This document shows positions 58,627-64,000 of a DNA stretch of 64,000 nt, piece after piece; the stretch's first letter is position 1, and the number at the start of each line of letters is the position of its first letter. The translations under genes were made by a program, and so were the position numbers. The stretch is from assembly GCA_964606775.1 (NCBI GenBank), contig CAZSGW010000002.1, positions 16,129 to 80,128 of the forward strand. The letters run 5' to 3'. This DNA is from Candidatus Woesearchaeota archaeon. GTDB lineage: Archaea > Nanobdellota > Nanobdellia > Pacearchaeales > GW2011-AR1. The notes beneath the pieces are model-generated. The model did not search any database, was not told the DNA's origin, and worked only from the letters and a program-made list of their open reading frames with translations.

Positions 58627-59262
58627 TCACTTCCTCGAAATTTTATTTCTTAAACTATTTTCAAGTCTTTTTTTTCTAGATTTTAAAGTATTCTCATTTA
58701 TGTCTAATTTTTCCTGAACTTCCTTGTACTTCAATTCTTCTTTAATCACTAAATTATAAATCTCTCGGTACTTTTGTGGAAGTTTTTTTACCGCACTATC
58801 TAACGCATCAATTTTTTGTTTATGGATAAGAATTTCCTCTGGATTTTTAAAACCTCCATAGTCAATATGAGTTACTTCAATAGATTCATCAAATTTTATC
58901 TCTCTAATACTTTTTTCCAATTTCCTACTTTTAGAATTATCTCTTCTAAATTTATCTACTCCCCTATTATACGCCATTTTAAAAAACCAAGTACTTGGTT
59001 TAGAAAATTCCTTTTTATATTTTCCAATTTTTTCAGTAAAATTAATGAGAGTCTCCTGAACTATATCTTCTCTATCTTCTTTACTATAATTAAAAGATTT
59101 TATTAAAAACCCATTCAAATTTCTCTTATGTCTTTCATAAAATATTTGTATTGCTTTGTCCCGGAAATTCTTGTCCTTTGCTTTCTCAACTAAATCATAA
59201 TCATCTAATTCTTTCAAACCTTTATATCTCATATTTTCCATTTTAATTTTCGAAAAACCCAT
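58627..59262 (-). CDS. ECF-type sigma-70 family protein (paralog)
   Basis: DIVQETLINFTEKIGKYKKEFSKPSTWFFKMAYNRGVDKFRR (region 2) and LPQKYREIYNLVIKEELKYKEVQEKLDINENTLKSRKKRL (region 4). Confidence 0.75.
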   Translation of the reverse strand: MGFSKIKMENMRYKGLKELDDYDLVEKAKDKNFRDKAIQIFYERHKRNLNGFLIKSFNYSKEDREDIVQETLINFTEKIGKYKKEFSKPSTWFFKMAYNRGVDKFRRDNSKSRKLEKSIREIKFDESIEVTHIDYGGFKNPEEILIHKQKIDALDSAVKKLPQKYREIYNLVIKEELKYKEVQEKLDINENTLKSRKKRLENSLRNKISRK

Positions 59263-59320
59263 TATTTAAATTTTCCTAATTAATAACATTTAAAAATTAA
59301 AAAATATAACAATTATAATC

Positions 59321-59392
59321 GGTCCCATAGTCCAGTGGTTAAGACGATTCGTTTACACCGAATAAACCCAAGTTCGATTCTTGGTGGGACCA
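59321..59392 (+). tRNA. tRNA-Val (anticodon TAC), CCA not encoded
   Basis: GGTCCCATAGTCCAGTGGTTAAGACGATTCGTTTACACCGAAT...CCAAGTTCGATTCTTGGTGGGACCA; anticodon loop TTTACAC. Confidence 0.85.
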
Positions 59393-59394
59393 TT

Positions 59395-60132
59395 ATGACT
59401 TTTATTGACATTCATTCTCATTTAGATTTAATGAAAGACTTAGATTCAGTAATTGAAAATGCTTCTGTAAAAAATGTGCGAATTGTGACTGCCTCGACAA
59501 CTAAAAAATCAATTGGAAAAACGCTTGAAATTTCTAAAAAATATGAAAATGTGTTTTGCACGCTCGGATTATATCCGATAGATGCCCTTAAATTGTCAGA
59601 TTCAGAAGTAGATCAAGCGATAGAATTAATCAGGGAAAAAAAGAACTCAATAGCTGGAATCGGGGAAGTCGGTCTTGATTTAAAACACTCCTATGAACTG
59701 GAAAAACAAAAAACCAATCTAAAAAAATTTATAGAACTAGCTAAAGAACTAAATAAACCTTTAATTGTACACTCAAGAAGGGCAGAAAAAGAGGCAATAG
59801 AATATTTAGAATCATTCAATTATAATAAGATAATAATGCACTGTTTTTCGGGAAATTTCAAACTAGTGAATAGGATAATTGAGAATGGATGGTTTTTTTC
59901 AATTCCAACAAGCGTGAAAAGTTCGGAACATTTTCAGAAAGTGATAGAAATAACTCCTCTCGAACAATTATTTTGTGAAACAGATTCCCCCTACTTACAT
60001 CCAGATAGAAAATTTCCAAATGAACCCTCAAATGTTTTGGAGTCTTATAAAAAAATCGCAGAAATAAAAAATATCTCCTTAGAAAAAGTCGAGAAAAGAA
60101 TTGAAGAAAACTATAAAAATCTCTTTGAATAA
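59395..60132 (+). CDS. tatD: TatD-family metal-dependent hydrolase/DNase
   Basis: MTFIDIHSHLD N-terminus; start moved from 59335 because that ORF-track start lies inside tRNA-Val. Confidence 0.8.
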   Translation: MTFIDIHSHLDLMKDLDSVIENASVKNVRIVTASTTKKSIGKTLEISKKYENVFCTLGLYPIDALKLSDSEVDQAIELIREKKNSIAGIGEVGLDLKHSYELEKQKTNLKKFIELAKELNKPLIVHSRRAEKEAIEYLESFNYNKIIMHCFSGNFKLVNRIIENGWFFSIPTSVKSSEHFQKVIEITPLEQLFCETDSPYLHPDRKFPNEPSNVLESYKKIAEIKNISLEKVEKRIEENYKNLFE

Positions 60133-60142
60133 TGAAGAACAA

Positions 60143-60214
60143 GCGTGAGTAGTTCAGCGGTTAGAATACGTCGTTGCCAACGATGTGACCCGGGTTCGAT
60201 TCCCGGCTCGCGCA
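60143..60214 (+). tRNA. tRNA-Gly (anticodon GCC), CCA not encoded
   Basis: GCGTGAGTAGTTCAGCGGTTAGAATACGTCGTTGCCAACGATG...CCGGGTTCGATTCCCGGCTCGCGCA. Confidence 0.85.
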
Positions 60215-60373
60215 TAATAAGGGATGAAAACCCAGTAGTTAAACATTAAGAATTTCCGTCGGAAAACATGAAACATCAAAAGATAACTCCCCGATAATTA
60301 CATCAAATGTGTTTAACTCTGGAATAACAACAAAATAGAAAGATTTATAAACCCCTTTTTTCTACATCTAATC

Positions 60374-61909
60374 ATGAAACAAAACTCAAAAAACTTAATT
60401 CAAAAATTAGGAGACAGTAAGTTCGGAAGTGCTATGAAAAAAGCTGCACTATACACTGCAATTCCTTTCGCACTTGCAACAGGTTATTCACAAAAAGCTG
60501 ATGCTCAAGATATTGATTTTACAACATCTGGAAAGAAAGGAGGAATCAGTACATTGCCAGCAATCGTTGAACATGGAACTCCATATCTTTATCAGAATGT
60601 TAATACTTCAAATGATAACCCTCTTGGAATTGAAAAATACCCAGTAGACAAATTGAAAGGGAAAAGTCCAAGCGTTATTTATGAACCTTACGAAATGGAA
60701 GGAAATAAACTTATTTTTACAAATAATGGTGTTTTAGGGAATAAACCTGAAGACGATGAACCTTCATATAACATAAAAGATGCGGAAGATGTTATGGGAG
60801 GACAAATTGATGTTAAAGTAAAAGATTTCTCAAACTTATTCAAAACTCTTGTAATAAAAGGAAACGATGGATATAACGATACAATATATTACCCTCACTA
60901 CCCTCAAGGAACAGGAGAAAAACAAAATAGTGTTTGGTTCTACAAAGATGATATGTTAGAATTCGGAGTAACAGATGATGGAAATAACTACTATGTATTA
61001 TTGGATAAAAAAGGAGATTTCTATGGTTGGCAAATTGATAAAGATAGATCAACTGGTAGCGGAGATGGAATAGTAAATCCAAATTATCCTAAAGGCTATA
61101 AAGACCAATTAAAAGATAAAATAAATACTGGAGAAGTTGAAAAAATAATCACATCAGAGGAAGAAAAAGAACCCTCTTACGCAGTTCTTAGAGATACAAG
61201 AGTTTCTCCTTCAAGAAGAAGAGGAAACGGTCCAAACGTAAGATTGGAATTAGCTCTTGCTGGAAATATTCACGACTTTGAAAACTTAGAAAAAAATTCA
61301 GCAGACGCTATTGCATACTTAGGAATTGGAGACAACAAAGGAAATTTCCACGTAGGTCCAATGGCTTGGTACAACTTTACAAATTCTGGAATCAAAGATG
61401 TAGAAAGAACAAACGATTATTCTCTTGAAGAAATTTCAAATAGCACTACAGATTTAGGATACGGCGTTACAAGAACTAAACAAGGATTGGTTGAAGTTGA
61501 AAAAGACAAAGTAATTGAAACTATAAACAACTACTTGTGGGGTGCAGGACTTCAATTCGACTTTAAACTTGCAAAGGGTTTAGAACTAAAACTTGCAGGT
61601 GGACTTGCTGAAAAGAAATTCCAACAAGAAACGACTGAAAACAAAACAGAAACAGGTTATGATGTTGTAACTGTTCAAAGAGATGGAAATGTTTTGTTCA
61701 ATGATACTCTTACAAACACTTCTCACCACACTAATACAGATATAGAAAAATACGTTGTTGATTTTAAATCTGGAAAACTATTCTTCGGAGATATAAGTCT
61801 TGATTTTTACCCAACAAAAGAACTTGCAATCTCTTTAGGTGGAAGATTAATTGACAATAAATTTTACCCTAATCTTAAGTTCGGGGTTTCAATAAATAAC
61901 AAGGAATAA
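60374..61909 (+). CDS. secreted protein (N-terminal signal peptide), unknown function
   Basis: 511 aa; hydrophobic signal ...AALYTAIPFALATGYSQKADA. Confidence 0.5.
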   Translation: MKQNSKNLIQKLGDSKFGSAMKKAALYTAIPFALATGYSQKADAQDIDFTTSGKKGGISTLPAIVEHGTPYLYQNVNTSNDNPLGIEKYPVDKLKGKSPSVIYEPYEMEGNKLIFTNNGVLGNKPEDDEPSYNIKDAEDVMGGQIDVKVKDFSNLFKTLVIKGNDGYNDTIYYPHYPQGTGEKQNSVWFYKDDMLEFGVTDDGNNYYVLLDKKGDFYGWQIDKDRSTGSGDGIVNPNYPKGYKDQLKDKINTGEVEKIITSEEEKEPSYAVLRDTRVSPSRRRGNGPNVRLELALAGNIHDFENLEKNSADAIAYLGIGDNKGNFHVGPMAWYNFTNSGIKDVERTNDYSLEEISNSTTDLGYGVTRTKQGLVEVEKDKVIETINNYLWGAGLQFDFKLAKGLELKLAGGLAEKKFQQETTENKTETGYDVVTVQRDGNVLFNDTLTNTSHHTNTDIEKYVVDFKSGKLFFGDISLDFYPTKELAISLGGRLIDNKFYPNLKFGVSINNKE

Positions 61910-61911
61910 AG

Positions 61912-63345
61912 ATGAAAACTCAAAAACTAATCTTAACTTTTGCACTACTTTTCTTAGTTCTTGCCCCATTTGTTGCAGCAGACAATTCAGTTGCAGGTTT
62001 ATTAGTTTACGAAGATACAGATGATACTACTATAACAGTTGAAACAGGAGATTCAACAGGTTTTTTAGTATGGGGTTATGGATTTTTAGAAGATTATATT
62101 TTAGTAAGCGTTGATTTACTTGATGATTCAGGAAATCAAATAACAAATATTCATTCTGGAAAATACAACAGACAATCAGAAAACTATGATGTTGAATTTT
62201 CAGATACTTTATCTCTTTCAGCCGGAACTGCTGGAACATACACTCTTGAATTAACTGTAATTGGGGAGAGTGGAGCAAAAACAACTCACGATTTAACATT
62301 AATTGTTGAAAGCACTACAACTACAACAGGTTCAGCACCTACAATTGCAATAAGTAGCCCACAAAATGGAAATACTTACGACTCTCTTTCAACTCTTTTC
62401 TACTCTGCAAACGATGTAGATGGAGATTTAGACACTTGTTGGTATTCTGATGGAAGTACAACTTCAGACCCAGTATCATGTTCAGAAGGTTCAAACGCCT
62501 TTACAATAAATCCTTCAGAAGGTTCAAATACTTACACTGTTTACGCTCAAGATTTTGAAGGAAACACAGCTCAAGATGAAGTAACATTCACAATTGACTC
62601 AACAATGCCGGACACAACAGCGCCAGCAGTTTCAATTTCAAATCCACTAGAAGGAAATGTATACACATCAGAAATAACAAACTTATACTACTCAGCAACT
62701 GATGAAAATTTAGATACTTGTTGGTATTCAACAGATGAAGGAGAAACAAATTCAACACCAGTATCTTGTTCAAGTTCTTTCGCAGTAACTTCAGATGAAG
62801 GAATAAATATCTGGACTGTTTATGCTCAAGACACAGCTGGAAACGTTGGAAGTGACAGCGTTACTTTTGTGGTAAATACATTAGGAGATACAACAGCCCC
62901 AACAATCTCAATTGCTTCGCCATCTGACGAAGAAGAACTAGATTTCACGGAAGTAGATTTTAGAGTATATGTAAATGAAGATGTTTCAAGTGTTGTTTAT
63001 AGCATTAACGACGGAGAAAATAAATCAATGACTGAAACTTCAGCATGGACATACGAAGCTACTGAAGAATTAGAAGACGAATCAGATTACACTTTAACTG
63101 TTTATGCTACTGATATGTACGGAAACACGGCAAGCAAGACAATCACATTCACAATTGATGAAGTAGCTGATTCAGACGACGAAAGTAGAGCTTCAGTTAC
63201 GGTTGACGATAAAAAATGGAAAGAACAATTTGACCATAAAAAACCAAAAATAACACTAGAAGAAGACGATGAAAAGGAACTTAACTGGTGGCAAAAATTC
63301 ATCAACTGGTTATGTAGAGTTTTCGGATTAACAGAAATCTACTAA
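61912..63345 (+). CDS. secreted protein with tandem Ig-like repeats and C-terminal WQKFINWLCRVFG motif
   Basis: signal peptide; three or more ~95-aa repeats with (D/E)xxLDTCWYS...TVYAQD...GN...VTF. Confidence 0.6.
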   Translation: MKTQKLILTFALLFLVLAPFVAADNSVAGLLVYEDTDDTTITVETGDSTGFLVWGYGFLEDYILVSVDLLDDSGNQITNIHSGKYNRQSENYDVEFSDTLSLSAGTAGTYTLELTVIGESGAKTTHDLTLIVESTTTTTGSAPTIAISSPQNGNTYDSLSTLFYSANDVDGDLDTCWYSDGSTTSDPVSCSEGSNAFTINPSEGSNTYTVYAQDFEGNTAQDEVTFTIDSTMPDTTAPAVSISNPLEGNVYTSEITNLYYSATDENLDTCWYSTDEGETNSTPVSCSSSFAVTSDEGINIWTVYAQDTAGNVGSDSVTFVVNTLGDTTAPTISIASPSDEEELDFTEVDFRVYVNEDVSSVVYSINDGENKSMTETSAWTYEATEELEDESDYTLTVYATDMYGNTASKTITFTIDEVADSDDESRASVTVDDKKWKEQFDHKKPKITLEEDDEKELNWWQKFINWLCRVFGLTEIY

Positions 63346-63363
63346 AATTTCTTCTTTATTAAA

Positions 63364-63666
63364 ATGAAAAGTAACCAAGAACACTTGAACGCAGTAAAGG
63401 CATACGGAGAAATGATTAAGTTATACTACGAAAATCTGGAATCATTAGAAACTGCTCAAAAAAAATCTTTTTTTGAAAACTTAAAATCAAAAGTTGATAA
63501 TCATAAGAAAGTAATCCCTTCTTATCTTTTAGAGGACAAAGATATAAATTTTACTGTAAAACAACTTGATTCAAAGTTAGAACACGCACTAAAAAATCTT
63601 TCAATACCCGACGATAAATATCATTTATTAAAAGGGTATAATTCAAGAAACAAAACTAGGGAATAA
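63364..63666 (+). CDS. hypothetical protein
   Basis: 100-aa ORF. Confidence 0.35.
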   Translation: MKSNQEHLNAVKAYGEMIKLYYENLESLETAQKKSFFENLKSKVDNHKKVIPSYLLEDKDINFTVKQLDSKLEHALKNLSIPDDKYHLLKGYNSRNKTRE

Positions 63667-64000
63667 TTTCAGGACCAAAATATTTCTCATAACAAAAATC
63701 ATTTAAATCTACAATGTTACCTTTAATATATTCTTTTATTTCATTCATGCGTTCTTTTATTGAATCGATAAGATAAATAATAGTTTCACAAATTAATTTT
63801 TGCCCCTCTTCAGGCCAAAGTTTTGCATAATTCGAATACAAACATCTTCCGCCGCAAATATCTAAATGCTCACAAGAACTACAAGGCTCAATAACATCAA
63901 TTTCTTTAAGCTCATTGGAATTCAAATGCCCACACTGAAAATTCTTAATATTATTCATAATCGGACAAGCAACAATTTTTCCATTTGTAGTAATAGTATA
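63656..64000 (-). CDS. C-terminal part of a probable radical SAM/SPASM-domain protein (N-terminus beyond window end)
   Basis: Cys cluster CSSCEHLDICGGRC; reading frame open to window edge. Confidence 0.4.
   Translation of the reverse strand, partial: YTITTNGKIVACPIMNNIKNFQCGHLNSNELKEIDVIEPCSSCEHLDICGGRCLYSNYAKLWPEEGQKLICETIIYLIDSIKERMNEIKEYIKGNIVDLNDFCYEKYFGPEIIP

Noticed and set aside
59335-59394. ORF-track start of the TatD gene at 59335
   Set aside because: That start lies inside tRNA-Val (59321-59392). The conserved MTFIDIHSHLD begins at ATG 59395.
13958-60214. Missing CCA on all tRNAs as evidence of pseudogenes
   Set aside because: Non-encoded CCA is normal in many archaea. Cloverleaf structures are otherwise intact.

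Overview
This is an AT-rich archaeal chromosome segment. Archaea-specific genes (RpoH, aEF-2, S24e, S27a, L10e, L35Ae, Spt4, a KH-only NusA) and tRNAs without encoded CCA point to a reduced DPANN-like genome. I can support the following features. (i) The conserved rpoH-rpoB-rpoA-nusA-S12-S7-aEF2 operon, with rpoA apparently unsplit. (ii) A bacterial-style dNTP operon on the minus strand: nrdR, class II RNR, dut, dCMP deaminase, thioredoxin, with a candidate NrdR box upstream. (iii) An Fe-S and tRNA-thiolation cluster: TtcA-like, IscU, DUF1858, IscS, ArsR. (iv) The rpoE-spt4-S24e-S27a cluster. (v) Six tRNAs: Lys, Trp, His (with encoded G-1, next to hisS), Val, Gly. (vi) Two tandem ECF sigma-70-like genes, which is unexpected in an archaeon, next to secreted repeat proteins. 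(vii) The most unusual region, about 28.0-36.7 kb. A tyrosine recombinase gene is followed on the opposite strand by a cassette-like series of genes for secreted or membrane proteins. These are separated by unusually long intergenic spacers of 220-510 bp that share mosaic conserved motifs, and the spacers include hairpins whose stems show compensatory substitutions between copies. The region also has a perfect 120-bp tandem duplication, a repeated 29-nt palindrome, and long imperfect inverted repeats bracketing an oppositely oriented two-gene module. I read this as a recombinase-associated variable cassette array, possibly integron-like or shufflon-like, with a novel family of structured boundary elements. 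No CRISPR array or rRNA is present.
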